A stretch of DNA of 64,000 bases from Deltaproteobacteria bacterium (GTDB taxonomy: Bacteria; Desulfobacterota; Syntrophia; Syntrophales; Smithellaceae). The DNA lies in the NCBI GenBank assembly GCA_025361065.1, contig JANYAY010000010.1:12695-76694 (forward strand), read 5' to 3'. A program made the translations under genes and the position numbers. Below are positions 45,731 through 55,705 of the stretch, in pieces. The stretch's first letter is position 1, and the number at the start of each line of letters is the position of its first letter. A model generated the notes under the pieces. That model saw only the letters and a program-made list of their open reading frames with translations, had not been told where the DNA came from and did no database searches.

Positions 45731-46156
45731 TTATTTACCTATACTCATTGCTGTCAGCGCCATATTTTTCGCTGCATCAAAAGCAGTAGCACATGCTTCA
45801 TAAGTACGGCTGGCTGTAATCATATCCGCCATCTCCAGCATGGCATTTACATTAGGGAAAGACACAAAGCCATCTTTATCTGCATCGGGGTGGGCCGGAT
45901 CGTATACTCTTTTAACACCTTCTTTGTCTTCTGTTATCTCTTTAACTTTCACCGCACGCACGACACCCTCCAGAGTCTTATCGAAACCCTGTTTCAATGG
46001 TTCGGCCGTAAAAGTAATAACTTTTCTTTTATAGGGACCACCCTCCGGAGTACTTGTAGTGTTGATGTTAGCCAGATTACTCGTGATAACATCCATCTTC
46101 GCCCGCTGTGCCGAAAGCCCCGTACCGCAAATCTTGAAAGTAGTAAAAAATTCCAT
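45731..46156 (-). CDS. flgC: Proximal rod protein FlgC
   Basis: GLSAQRAKMDVITSNLANINTT at the N-terminus and VNAMLEMADMITASRTYEA at the C-terminus. Confidence 0.96.
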   Translation of the reverse strand: MEFFTTFKICGTGLSAQRAKMDVITSNLANINTTSTPEGGPYKRKVITFTAEPLKQGFDKTLEGVVRAVKVKEITEDKEGVKRVYDPAHPDADKDGFVSFPNVNAMLEMADMITASRTYEACATAFDAAKNMALTAMSIGK

Positions 46157-46157
46157 A

Positions 46158-46538
46158 TTACTTAGCCTCTGTCAAAACGTTTTTTATGCCTCTGAATTTC
46201 CTCGCCAGCAACTCCACACTCAAATTATACATTAGCTGATTTTCGGCTAAATTAGTCATTTCCGTATCCAAGTTCGCTTTCTCGTCGGACTTGACCAGTT
46301 TAAAATCATTCCTGGTAATTTCATCCTTGGCATTGGGAAAATGTTTCTCGTTTGTTTGATTTAAACGGACTTTTACGTTCATGGCCTTTTTTAAGTCTTC
46401 TTTAAATGCGTAATCTGCTGTTTTATAATCAACAGAATCTATGTTATTGATATTAGATGTAATCAGCTTACCACGTTCAGAACGAAAGTCTAACATTGTA
46501 GATAATAAATTAAATGTTTTCCCGAATAATGACTCCAT
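46158..46538 (-). CDS. flgB: Proximal rod protein FlgB
   Basis: 126 aa. ITSNINNIDSVDYKTAD and LAENQLMYNLSVELLARKF motifs. Confidence 0.93.
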   Translation of the reverse strand: MESLFGKTFNLLSTMLDFRSERGKLITSNINNIDSVDYKTADYAFKEDLKKAMNVKVRLNQTNEKHFPNAKDEITRNDFKLVKSDEKANLDTEMTNLAENQLMYNLSVELLARKFRGIKNVLTEAK

Positions 46539-46564
46539 TCTTCAACCTCTCTGCTCAAATTATG

Positions 46565-46580
46565 TGCAAATCGCATACCA
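46565..46580 (-). promoter_or_regulatory. sigma54 promoter upstream of flgB
   Basis: Minus sense reads TGGTAT-gcgat-TTGCA, 26 nt before the ATG and followed by GAGAGG. Confidence 0.8.
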
Positions 46581-46593
46581 AAGAACTATTTCA

Positions 46594-48012
46594 TCATTTT
46601 TCTTCGGTGGAAAGATCATTAATTCCATATTCATGTAATTTATTTCTCATTGTTCTGACACTAATACCCAATATTTTTGATGCCTTGGTCTTGTTCCAGT
46701 TAAACTTGTTTAACGTGTCAAAAATCATATTCTTTTCCATTTCATAAAGGGTCGAGTCGTTTTCACTTTGCCTGCTATTATTCTGGATTCGGTCCACTTC
46801 TTCTGTCTGCGTATTTTTTTTGACGATGGAATCGGCACCGACATTTTCCAGAAATAAATGCTCGAGACCAATACTGGCGCCATTACATAATAAAACTGCC
46901 CGTTCAATTACATTTTCCAATTCCCGTACATTTCCCGGCCAGGGGTATGCCTTTAATGTGGCTTTGGCTGCATCACTGAGAATTGGCTCCTTTTTTTCAT
47001 TGACCTGACTATATTTTTTAATAAAATGTTCCGCCAATAAATTGACATCTCCATTTCTTTCCCTCAATGGAGGAACTAATACCGGAATAACATTTAACCG
47101 ATAATATAGATCACTGCGAAAACTTTTTTGCGCAATACTATATTGCAGATCGGCATTGGTCGTCGCAATTATTCGAATATCAATAGGTATGGGCATTTTA
47201 CCACCCAGTCTGTCCACCTCGGCTTCTTGAATAACCCGTAACAATTTAGCCTGCAACTGAACGTCCATTTCTGATATTTCATCCAGAAGAAGCGTGCCTC
47301 CATTGGCGAGTTCAAACTTTCCGAGCTTCCTTAAGGCAGCCCCGGTAAAGGCTCCTTTTTCAAATCCAAACATCTCGCTTTCCAAAAGTTGCGCCGGTAT
47401 TGCCGCACAATTTACTGCCACAAAAGGCATATTACGGCGGTTGCTGTATCGATAAATGTAACGGGCAAAAAGTTCTTTCCCCGTACCGCTTTCTCCCTGA
47501 ATGAGTATACTGGATTTACTCTTGGCCACATTCTTCAACATATCCAGAATAGCAAGAATCTTTTTATCTGCCGTAATTATCTCCTTCACGGGATAAATAC
47601 TGTCGCCTGCATCGCTGCCGTCCTCGCCGGCATTTATTTGGGCACTAGACGCCAATACATTTTTCACTGCAAATTCCAGATCATCCAATGAAAAAGGCTT
47701 CATAATAAATTCGGCAGCCCCTTCTTTCATTGCTTCAACTGCGGTATTCACAGTCCCATAAGCTGTAATCAAGATTACCGGCGTTTGAGGTGATATTTTT
47801 TTAATTCCTCTTAGAACATCCATCCCGCTCATCATGGGCATGCGCATATCTGTAACGACAACAGCAAATTGTCCTTCTTTAAACTTTACTAATGCATCAG
47901 CGCCGTTTTCTGCGGTTTCCACTTCATATCCACAACTGCTCAACGATTCATAAAGTGCTGCCCGCATCGATTGATCGTCATCGACAACAAGTAATCTTTC
48001 GGCAATAATCAT
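46594..48012 (-). CDS. sigma54-dependent response regulator (FlrC/FleR/FlgR class)
   Basis: REC domain (VVDDD..D..MP), AAA+ domain (GESGTGKELFA, GAFTGA, ESELFG-like EMFGFEKG) and a C-terminal Fis-type HTH (KTKASKILGISVRTMRNKL). Confidence 0.92.
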   Translation of the reverse strand: MIIAERLLVVDDDQSMRAALYESLSSCGYEVETAENGADALVKFKEGQFAVVVTDMRMPMMSGMDVLRGIKKISPQTPVILITAYGTVNTAVEAMKEGAAEFIMKPFSLDDLEFAVKNVLASSAQINAGEDGSDAGDSIYPVKEIITADKKILAILDMLKNVAKSKSSILIQGESGTGKELFARYIYRYSNRRNMPFVAVNCAAIPAQLLESEMFGFEKGAFTGAALRKLGKFELANGGTLLLDEISEMDVQLQAKLLRVIQEAEVDRLGGKMPIPIDIRIIATTNADLQYSIAQKSFRSDLYYRLNVIPVLVPPLRERNGDVNLLAEHFIKKYSQVNEKKEPILSDAAKATLKAYPWPGNVRELENVIERAVLLCNGASIGLEHLFLENVGADSIVKKNTQTEEVDRIQNNSRQSENDSTLYEMEKNMIFDTLNKFNWNKTKASKILGISVRTMRNKLHEYGINDLSTEEK

Positions 48013-49250
48013 TTAACCGGTCTCTCCAATTTTTCATTAACTTCTTTCAGGAGAGGGAAACTGACATTAACAATGGCTCCCCCTCGCAATGAATTTTCCA
48101 CATTAATAGAGCCATTATGCTGACTGACAATATTATGCACTATAGCTAGTCCCAAACCTGCTCCGTCTTGTTTTGTACTGAAAAACGGGTCAAATATTCT
48201 GGATAAATTTTCTTCCGGAATCCCCGGTCCCGAATCTTGAAAGATTATTTCAGCCGCAGATGATTCTTCCGGGTTAATTCCGCCGGATGAAGTAATCGCT
48301 TTAATCTTGAGCATCCCGCCATCCGGCATAGCTTGCTGGGCATTTAATATTATATTTAAAAATACCTGTTTGATCATATCGGCATCGCCGGCAATGCAGG
48401 ATTGATCGCCGGAATATTTTACAGATATATCAATGCCCCCCTGTTCCATGATTTGTTCAGAAAAATCCAGCACCTCGTTTAAAATCTGCTGCAGATCGAT
48501 TTTCTTCATCTGCGGGCTTTGCTTCCGGGTAAACATCAGCAAATTGGATATTTTGTTATCGACATTTTTTACCGCAGAAATAATATGAACCACACGCTCT
48601 TGATCTTTTTTCTGAGGCAAATTTTTCAGAAGCAGCGAAGCAAATAGTTCAATGCTGCCCAATGGGTTGCGAATTTCATGAGCGATATTCGCCGCCATCT
48701 CTCCCATTGCCGCAAATTTTTCCGTTCGCTTGGCCATATCTTCCAGTTTTTCGATTCGTGTGATATCACGCAAAACAAAAACATTACCAATTGTGGCGCC
48801 CCCGGGCGACTTAAACGGCGAACAAAATATTTCCAATGTCCGGCCGTTTATTTTTACTTTATTTCCTGATTCACCTTTAAAATACTCTGCAAGATTAATT
48901 GTCGGCCAGTCATTAACAACCATATCTTCAAAAAGAATGCTGACATGCTGCCCGATAACATTTGCCAGGTCAGCACTGACAAACATTTCAGCACATGAAT
49001 TCATCGTCTGAATCTTTCCATTAAGATCAGTCACAATTAAGCCGTTAATCAAGCTTTCTAAAATATTTTGCAGATAATTTTTTGTTTGTTCTTTTTCGGC
49101 AACTGTCTTAACCAATTCAGCATTCTTTTCTTCAAGCTCTCTATTTAAGTTGGCAAAACGTTCTTCGAGCCTGGCATAAGCCAACTGAAGATCAATGGTA
49201 GCTTTGTTAAAATTTTCAAACGACTGCTGGAGTAAAGTAATATCTTTCAT
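48009..49250 (-). CDS. Cytoplasmic PAS sensor histidine kinase (FlrB/FleS/FlgS class)
   Basis: H-box HEIRNPLGSI. N, G1 and G2 boxes are present (LNIILNAQQAM, DSGPGI, GAGLGLAIV). It overlaps the response regulator gene by 4 nt. Confidence 0.9.
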   Translation of the reverse strand: MKDITLLQQSFENFNKATIDLQLAYARLEERFANLNRELEEKNAELVKTVAEKEQTKNYLQNILESLINGLIVTDLNGKIQTMNSCAEMFVSADLANVIGQHVSILFEDMVVNDWPTINLAEYFKGESGNKVKINGRTLEIFCSPFKSPGGATIGNVFVLRDITRIEKLEDMAKRTEKFAAMGEMAANIAHEIRNPLGSIELFASLLLKNLPQKKDQERVVHIISAVKNVDNKISNLLMFTRKQSPQMKKIDLQQILNEVLDFSEQIMEQGGIDISVKYSGDQSCIAGDADMIKQVFLNIILNAQQAMPDGGMLKIKAITSSGGINPEESSAAEIIFQDSGPGIPEENLSRIFDPFFSTKQDGAGLGLAIVHNIVSQHNGSINVENSLRGGAIVNVSFPLLKEVNEKLERPVK

Positions 49251-49295
49251 CGTTGTTCTTTAACCTTTAGGACCACGTTATTGTTGCAATACGGC

Positions 49296-52001
49296 TCACC
49301 TTTTCAAGTACTCTCCGTATTTATCCCACCACAGTTGATCATTGACAGAATAATCAACAATTTTTGTCCAAAATCCTTCCGGCCCTGCTTGCGTCTTGAT
49401 TTTGGCAAATGTTTTCTGCGCCTCGGCATTGTTGTCCATTTTTTGATAAGCCTGCCCTATATGGAAGAGAGACCACGATTTGAGATCCGGATTGGCAGTC
49501 TGATTTAAAGCTTTATTATACATGTACAGACTGTTTTTAAAATTCTTTGCCTTGAAGTATAGATCCCCTGTTTCTTTATAAACATCACCCAAACCCGCCA
49601 ACGCTTGCTTGTCTTGGTCTAAGTATTTTACAGCTATTAAATAATTTTGCAGAGCGAGAGAATCTTCTTTTTTTTCTTTCAGGGAAGCGGCATAACGCCA
49701 AAAGGCTGGCCCCGGATCGTTTATATTTTGACCGGATTTAATAACAGCATCGAAATCAACAACCACTTTATCATACAACCTTTTCCGGTAAGCAATCTCG
49801 GCCATATCTTTCTTGATTACAGCCAGCGATGCAGTGTTTTTGATTGATGGTTGCATTATCAATTCACTAAGAATTTTTTCAGCTTCATCGTATTTATCCC
49901 TCGCTATTTCCGCTTGGGCAATGCGAATCATTATTTTGGCGGCAACTTTATCATCCTTGCAGACATTTTTATAATTTTTCAGCAGATTAATGTAATCATC
50001 GGAAAGCCCAATATTGCTTAAACTGACCGCAATTTTATTCACGATCTCATATTCATCAGTCTGAAGCGGAACAATCCTGTAAGCTTTAAAATAAATATCG
50101 GATACCGCTAAATAATCATTTTTCTGATAACGGCTATCAATCAATGCACCGGCGGCCAATTTTAAGCTCCTTCTCGCCTCGTCCACCATTTTGCTTTGCG
50201 GATACATTTTTAAAAATTCCAAATAAATGTCAGCAGCTTTTCCGTCGTGCTTTAATTTACGTAAAGCATCTCCCTTTTGCAGCAATGCAATTTGGGCAAT
50301 TTCACCCGCCGGTTTTTTCATCAACATTAGATTATATGCTTCAATCGGATCTTTATAATAATGAATATTTCCTAAAGCAGAAAATACTTTAGCACCTGGT
50401 TTATCAATACCCAGAGAAGCCATCGCCATAATGCTTTCTTTGGCTTCTTTACTTTCCGGATACTTATCGATTATCAAATTGTATATGATTAAGGCAGCAG
50501 ATGTCTGATCCGCAGCTTTATAGGAATTGGCAAGTAACATTAAAATTTCTTTTAATTTTTCATCATTCGAATACAAATTGACATAAAAAGAAAATATTTT
50601 AATTGCTTCATCATAGCGGCGCACAGAAAATTTATGTCGTCCCATATCCTCAATAACTTCTTTAGGGATGCCCGTAAAATCAGGCCATTTTTTTTGCGCA
50701 TCGCGAAACCATACTTCTGCACTGGCAGATTGTTGCATCTTGAAATAACAATCCGCCGCCAGATAAAATGCCTGTTTGGCGAAAGTTCCTCCGCGATATT
50801 TCGTCAGATATGCTATCAACTTATCCAGTGCCTGATTATATTTCCCCAGTTGATGCAAGAGTACTCCGGTTTTAAAGGACGCCTCGGAGATATAAGCAGA
50901 TTGGGGATAATTGTGAAGCAAGCTTTCATAATTTTTCCCAGCCTCAGAATAATTATTTAAATATTCATAAGCCTTGGCTAACCGGAAATAAGTCAAAGAA
51001 TTATCTCTTTTCTGATCAGGAAAACTCTGTAAAGTGTTTTTATAGAATTGAACGGCAATAAGCAGATGATCTTTACTCCCTTTTTCACCCAGGAAATAAT
51101 GGCAATCCGCCATATGACGCAAAGCCCGTTCTCCCAGATCGTTGGAAGTATCATCGCGAGATATAAATTCTTTAAATGTCACCAGAGCTTTGTCATAGTT
51201 TTTCTCTTTCAATTCACTAAGAGCTTTATCATAGATAACTGAACCTGAATCAGCTTCCTCTTTTTCCGGAAGTGTTTTTTCAATATTTTTGGTTTTGCCG
51301 GGATTTTTTCCCAATACCAGGGGAGGCGGAACTTGTTTTATTTTCTCTGCTGTTTTTGTCTTCGCAGCATTGGCATCTTTTTTCACGGCAACCTGCCGGG
51401 GCTGCCTTTCCTGCTTAATCTGAGCAGGAATGCTTTTTTCCGGACGTTTTTCTATTACCGGAACTACCGCCTTTTTGTCTGGTACCGGCTTCATATTGCT
51501 ATTATCAGCTTTGTAAAAGCCGGCATTAATTGCTTCGCTCTCAGAATTAAATATAATACGATGACTTTTTTTTACTTTATCATAAAACGGCATTCCGGGC
51601 AGATGATAGCGTTTTGAATTCCTATTGGCTATGATGACGGCAGATTTGTCCGTTAATGAATTTTCCTGTTCAATTTTTTTATCTTTTTGAGTTACAAGAT
51701 CAGCAGATACCGGAAAAACAAAATATTCACTGAGCACCTTTTTTTTCACCATCTCTTCTGCCGCAAGTCTGGCTTTTTCTTTTGTTTCATATTTCCCCGT
51801 ATAAACCCGGTACCACTTACCCTTCCCCTTAATATCCACCTGTATAAAAAAAGCAGGATAGCCAATCGCCGCCAAATTTTTAACGTCTGCAGCAGCTTGC
51901 TTACCAGTTTTGTATGAAGCGCAATGAATGGTATACAAATTCTCCGCGGCGGCAATGTCAGAGAGATTTGCCGTAAAAACAAAAAGCATTACCCAGAACA
52001 T
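49296..52001 (-). CDS. SPOR-domain plus multi-TPR protein
   Basis: YTIHCASYKTGKQAAADVKNLAAIGYPAFFIQVDIKGKGKWYRVYTGKYETKEKA is SPOR-like, followed by about 600 aa of TPR-like repeats. Confidence 0.75.
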   Translation of the reverse strand: MFWVMLFVFTANLSDIAAAENLYTIHCASYKTGKQAAADVKNLAAIGYPAFFIQVDIKGKGKWYRVYTGKYETKEKARLAAEEMVKKKVLSEYFVFPVSADLVTQKDKKIEQENSLTDKSAVIIANRNSKRYHLPGMPFYDKVKKSHRIIFNSESEAINAGFYKADNSNMKPVPDKKAVVPVIEKRPEKSIPAQIKQERQPRQVAVKKDANAAKTKTAEKIKQVPPPLVLGKNPGKTKNIEKTLPEKEEADSGSVIYDKALSELKEKNYDKALVTFKEFISRDDTSNDLGERALRHMADCHYFLGEKGSKDHLLIAVQFYKNTLQSFPDQKRDNSLTYFRLAKAYEYLNNYSEAGKNYESLLHNYPQSAYISEASFKTGVLLHQLGKYNQALDKLIAYLTKYRGGTFAKQAFYLAADCYFKMQQSASAEVWFRDAQKKWPDFTGIPKEVIEDMGRHKFSVRRYDEAIKIFSFYVNLYSNDEKLKEILMLLANSYKAADQTSAALIIYNLIIDKYPESKEAKESIMAMASLGIDKPGAKVFSALGNIHYYKDPIEAYNLMLMKKPAGEIAQIALLQKGDALRKLKHDGKAADIYLEFLKMYPQSKMVDEARRSLKLAAGALIDSRYQKNDYLAVSDIYFKAYRIVPLQTDEYEIVNKIAVSLSNIGLSDDYINLLKNYKNVCKDDKVAAKIMIRIAQAEIARDKYDEAEKILSELIMQPSIKNTASLAVIKKDMAEIAYRKRLYDKVVVDFDAVIKSGQNINDPGPAFWRYAASLKEKKEDSLALQNYLIAVKYLDQDKQALAGLGDVYKETGDLYFKAKNFKNSLYMYNKALNQTANPDLKSWSLFHIGQAYQKMDNNAEAQKTFAKIKTQAGPEGFWTKIVDYSVNDQLWWDKYGEYLKR

Positions 52002-52307
52002 AAAGCATACTGGGATACTCTTTACTGTTTTTAATAAAAATTTGTTCGTAAGCTTTTCTCCTCACAAAAAAAATAGCCGTTCATCTTCAACATTCATGGG
52101 TATAGCAAATTATATACCAGGAGAAATTTAGGGCCAATTTAATTCACTTATTGATTTATGAAGCCTTACTCGCATTTTCGTTAATTCTGATTCTGTCAAA
52201 TAGCCAGCTCAATAGCCAATTATTTGACGTAATAATAAAGAATTAGAAATTCTTATTATTGCTGATCCGCAAGGCTCTTTCTCTTAAAGTTCATCCGATA
52301 AGCAAGA

Positions 52308-52323
52308 TGGCACTTGATTTGCA
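52308..52323 (+). promoter_or_regulatory. sigma54 promoter upstream of PilZ-motA-motB
   Basis: TGGCAC-ttgat-TTGCA is an exact consensus, 40 nt before the ATG at 52363. Confidence 0.85.
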
Positions 52324-52362
52324 TTAATTATTGAAAATAATTTATTTTTATGAGGTTGAATT

Positions 52363-52902
52363 ATGGACGACCAAGATGGGCAAAATATCGACAATCAGCG
52401 GGAGTACTCCCGTGTTGATGCCTATATGCCTCTCGAATACAAATTAATTGATAATCAGCATAAGCAATATATTCGTTCACGGGTGGCCGGAGAAATAATA
52501 CTTTCCGAATTTAAGTCTTTGCCTGAACCTGACGATCAATTAGTAGCGGAATGGTTAAAGACAATTAATACAAAATTAAACTCTATCATACGCATGTTGA
52601 CTATACATCACGAAGGATTTGACCAATTGCCCATGCGAAAAGTTAACATCAGCGGCGGTGGAATAAGCTTCTCCTCGGATACGCCATATTCCCCCGGGGA
52701 TATTATTGAATTTAAATTAACGCTGACAATGCAATATCCATTATCACTTTTTTTATATGGCGAAGTGGTTGAAGCAAGCAAAAATACACCGGAATATGAC
52801 ACATCGGTTCAGTTTATCGCTATTGATGATTTCATCCGAGACGAGGTTATTCGGTTCGTCTTTGAAAAGGAGAGGGAAATCCTTAGGGAAAAAAGGAGAT
52901 AG
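52363..52902 (+). CDS. PilZ-domain (c-di-GMP receptor-like) protein
   Basis: RxxxR motif (QREYSR) and D/NxSxxG motif (NISGGG) at appropriate spacing. It lies directly upstream of motA. Confidence 0.8.
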   Translation: MDDQDGQNIDNQREYSRVDAYMPLEYKLIDNQHKQYIRSRVAGEIILSEFKSLPEPDDQLVAEWLKTINTKLNSIIRMLTIHHEGFDQLPMRKVNISGGGISFSSDTPYSPGDIIEFKLTLTMQYPLSLFLYGEVVEASKNTPEYDTSVQFIAIDDFIRDEVIRFVFEKEREILREKRR

Positions 52903-52914
52903 CCCTTTTAATTC

Positions 52915-53778
52915 ATGTTTCCTATTATTGGCTTTATCATCGTCACTGGATGCGTAATCGGTGGATATCTGCTGGAACACGGCAATATGTCCGTTATTCT
53001 TCAGCCCGTGGAATTAATGATTATTGGCGGCGCCGCTCTGGGCGGATTTGTTATTGCGTCCCCGGTACATGTAATTAAATCTGTAATTTCAGCAACTCTG
53101 GGCATGTTCACGCATAAACCGCGAGAAAAAAAGGATTATATGGAAATCCTTATGCTCCTCAATGGAATATTCTATAAAATAAGACAGCAAGGACTGGTCT
53201 CCATTGAATCTGATGTAGATTCACCGAAGGAAAGTCCCTTATTTACAAAATATCCCAATATATTAAAAAATCATGAAGCACTTGACCTGATAACTGATAC
53301 ATTACGAACTGTTATGACCACAACTATCGCACCTCATGAACTGGAATCACTGATAGACCAGGAACTGGAAGCTCATCACGAAGAAGCCCTGACACCTGCT
53401 CATAGTGTCAGCACCATTGCCGATGGTCTCCCGGGATTAGGAATTGTTGCGGCCGTATTGGGCGTCATTTTAACTATGGCTAAGATCAAGGAACCCCCTG
53501 AAGTTTTGGGCGCCAGCATCGGTGCTGCCCTGGTGGGAACATTTATTGGAGTTTTGCTTTGTTATGGTTATGTTGGCCCGATGGCCAAGCATATGGAATT
53601 TATTGCAGTTGAAGAGTTACAGTTTATGAATGTAATTAAGGTAGCTCTATTGGCTTTTATCGGTGGTGGGGCAGCACCGAAGGTTGCTGTTGAATTTGGC
53701 CGCCGGGTTATACCGGTAAACATGAAACCTTCTTTTCTGGAAATGGAAGAAGCTTTTCGCGAAGCAAAGAAATCATAA
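52915..53778 (+). CDS. motA: Stator protein MotA
   Basis: 287 aa with a four-TM layout. The C-terminal half reads DGLPGLGIVAAVLGVILTM..ALVGTFIGVLLCYGYVGP. Confidence 0.93.
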   Translation: MFPIIGFIIVTGCVIGGYLLEHGNMSVILQPVELMIIGGAALGGFVIASPVHVIKSVISATLGMFTHKPREKKDYMEILMLLNGIFYKIRQQGLVSIESDVDSPKESPLFTKYPNILKNHEALDLITDTLRTVMTTTIAPHELESLIDQELEAHHEEALTPAHSVSTIADGLPGLGIVAAVLGVILTMAKIKEPPEVLGASIGAALVGTFIGVLLCYGYVGPMAKHMEFIAVEELQFMNVIKVALLAFIGGGAAPKVAVEFGRRVIPVNMKPSFLEMEEAFREAKKS

Positions 53779-53842
53779 ATAGCATCTTAACAAACGGGTC
53801 ATTTTAATACTGTGAAAAAAACTTTTTGCCCGATGGATTAAT

Positions 53843-54667
53843 ATGGAAGAACGGCCTCAGCAAATAATAATTAAAAAAATTAAAATACGTAAAGGCGGTG
53901 GCGCGCATGGTGGCTCCTGGAAGGTAGCCTATGCCGACTTTGTAACCGCCATGATGGCTTTTTTCCTTCTACTATGGCTTCTGAGCATGGTTTCTGAAGA
54001 TAAAAAAGCAGCCCTTTCCGTATACTTTAATAAGTACAGTATATTTCAAGAAAGCGGATCATCAGCAATTACTTCAAAAAATGCAAAAATAACAGACCCC
54101 AATTTTATCAACCCTTCCAAGGATGACTCTTCCAGAACATCCGGCATGGCTTTACGAGGAAAAAAAACAGGTGATATTTCGCACAAAACGAAGCAGAATA
54201 TAGATACGAAAGATGAAGAATTAGTTAAAAAGATAAGAACTTCTATTGACGAAAAAATGGCCGGAGTACGTGATCAAATATTAGTAGATGTAATTGAAGG
54301 CGGCGTCAGAATTCAAATTATCGATACGGAAGGAAGTATCATGTTCCATTTGGGTTCCTCCCAGCCGACGTCTAAAGCAAAAGAAATATTGAAGCTTGTC
54401 TCGGCAAATCTCAAAGAAATTCCCGGACGAATTGTTGTGGAAGGACACACTGATTCTGCACCTTTCAAAGGAGGTCAAATAACAAACTGGGAACTTTCCA
54501 CCTCACGAGCATCATCCGCACGCAAAGAGTTAGAAGAAAATGGAGTAGATGCATCAAGAATTGCGCGGGTAGTCGGCTATGCGGATACCGAGCTACTGAT
54601 CCCCCTTGATCCGCGTGATCCGCGCAACAGAAGAATCAGTATAATTATTTTGAACACAAAATCTTAA
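53843..54667 (+). CDS. motB: Stator protein MotB
   Basis: SWKVAYADFVTAMMAFFLLLW contains the conserved Asp. An OmpA-like C-terminus follows (GHTDS..NWELSTSRA..RRISI). Confidence 0.93.
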   Translation: MEERPQQIIIKKIKIRKGGGAHGGSWKVAYADFVTAMMAFFLLLWLLSMVSEDKKAALSVYFNKYSIFQESGSSAITSKNAKITDPNFINPSKDDSSRTSGMALRGKKTGDISHKTKQNIDTKDEELVKKIRTSIDEKMAGVRDQILVDVIEGGVRIQIIDTEGSIMFHLGSSQPTSKAKEILKLVSANLKEIPGRIVVEGHTDSAPFKGGQITNWELSTSRASSARKELEENGVDASRIARVVGYADTELLIPLDPRDPRNRRISIIILNTKS

Positions 54668-54683
54668 CAAATAAAGGATAAAA

Positions 54684-55145
54684 TTATTCTGACAGGCAGA
54701 CATCCACGACAAAACTGCCCTCATCAATATCAAAAGGAATGATTAAACTCGGCCCTCCCATAACATGCGTTATTGAATGATTCTTCCCGGCAACAACTGT
54801 AGGAATAGCTGCCTGAATATAAAATCCTTCCGCCTCCAGATTTTTGCGGGCCACACCGGAAATCATATTAGTGATTTCACCAACCGCATCTTTAATATCA
54901 CTATTCAAACTTTTTATATCTTCTCCCAGCATATTGGATACTATTTTCAATATTGCTCCCTCGCTGAAACTCAGAGCCAGTGAGCCGGCAGCTGATCCCG
55001 TCAAACCAATAATACCGGAAACATCTCCCTTGGCAATACTATCAACCTTTAGATAAGGTTTCCCTGCCCGGGGTTCTACAAAAGCCATTGTTTTTAAAAC
55101 ACTTATAGTACCTTCCAAAAATGGATTAATAAATTTTACATTCAT
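54684..55145 (-). CDS. cheX: CheX-family CheY-P phosphatase
   Basis: FINPFLEGTISVLKTM...DAVGEITNMISGVARKNL. Confidence 0.85.
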   Translation of the reverse strand: MNVKFINPFLEGTISVLKTMAFVEPRAGKPYLKVDSIAKGDVSGIIGLTGSAAGSLALSFSEGAILKIVSNMLGEDIKSLNSDIKDAVGEITNMISGVARKNLEAEGFYIQAAIPTVVAGKNHSITHVMGGPSLIIPFDIDEGSFVVDVCLSE

Positions 55146-55183
55146 AAATTACCTTCCCCAATGTTAGATATTAACCTTTTTTA

Positions 55184-55573
55184 CTATTTCGCTAGACTTT
55201 CCATTATTTTTTTAATTTTCTCATTTAACACCTCAGCCGTGAAGGGCTTAACAATATAATTATTTACCCCGGCTTTCACCGCGGCAACCACATTGTCTTG
55301 TAATGCTTCAGCCGTTACCATGAGAAATGGTGTTTTTGTCAATTCAGCATCGGCACGAACTGCTTTAAGTAATTCTAAACCGGACATATTCGGCATATTC
55401 CAATCGGAAACAACTACATCAATCTTTTGCGACTTCAGTGCTTTTAGAGCCATTACACCATCTTCAGCTTCCACAATATCATCGTATCCGCCTTGTTTTA
55501 ACAGATTGCGGACAACCTTTCTCATTGTGGCAAAATCATCAACAACTAATATTTTGATGCTTTTATCAACCAT
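55184..55573 (-). CDS. cheY: Chemotaxis response regulator CheY
   Basis: 129 aa. ILVVDD, DWNMPNMSG and KPF motifs. Confidence 0.95.
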   Translation of the reverse strand: MVDKSIKILVVDDFATMRKVVRNLLKQGGYDDIVEAEDGVMALKALKSQKIDVVVSDWNMPNMSGLELLKAVRADAELTKTPFLMVTAEALQDNVVAAVKAGVNNYIVKPFTAEVLNEKIKKIMESLAK

Positions 55574-55652
55574 AATTCTACCTCACTTTATCTTCTTCCG
55601 ATGAGAATAATTTTTGAATCCCGCTTTAGCGGGACGAGCGTTAATTTGCCGT

Positions 55653-55705
55653 AGCGAGCTCGCGATATAATGACGTTCATTTCATACCTCGACAGCGAGC
55701 TCGCG
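55653..55705. repeat. Two copies of the palindrome AGCGAGCTCGCG, 41 nt apart, in the cheA-cheY spacer
   Basis: The copies lie at 55653-55664 and 55694-55705, with the self-complementary core GCGAGCTCGC. Confidence 0.85.

Noticed and set aside
52002-52064. Possible longer N-terminus for the SPOR/TPR protein. The frame stays open upstream (GEKLTNKFLLKTVKSIPVCF-MFWVML...) and a strong GAGGAG lies at 52062-52067.
   Set aside because: There is no ATG, GTG or TTG in the extension, so I kept the ATG at 52001. A non-canonical start or a base error cannot be excluded from sequence alone.
52285-52301. TAAAGTTC directly followed by ATCCGATAA upstream of the PilZ gene, which resembles both halves of a sigma28 promoter.
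   Set aside because: The two halves are adjacent, whereas about 11 nt should separate them. An exact sigma54 promoter lies 7 nt downstream and explains expression.
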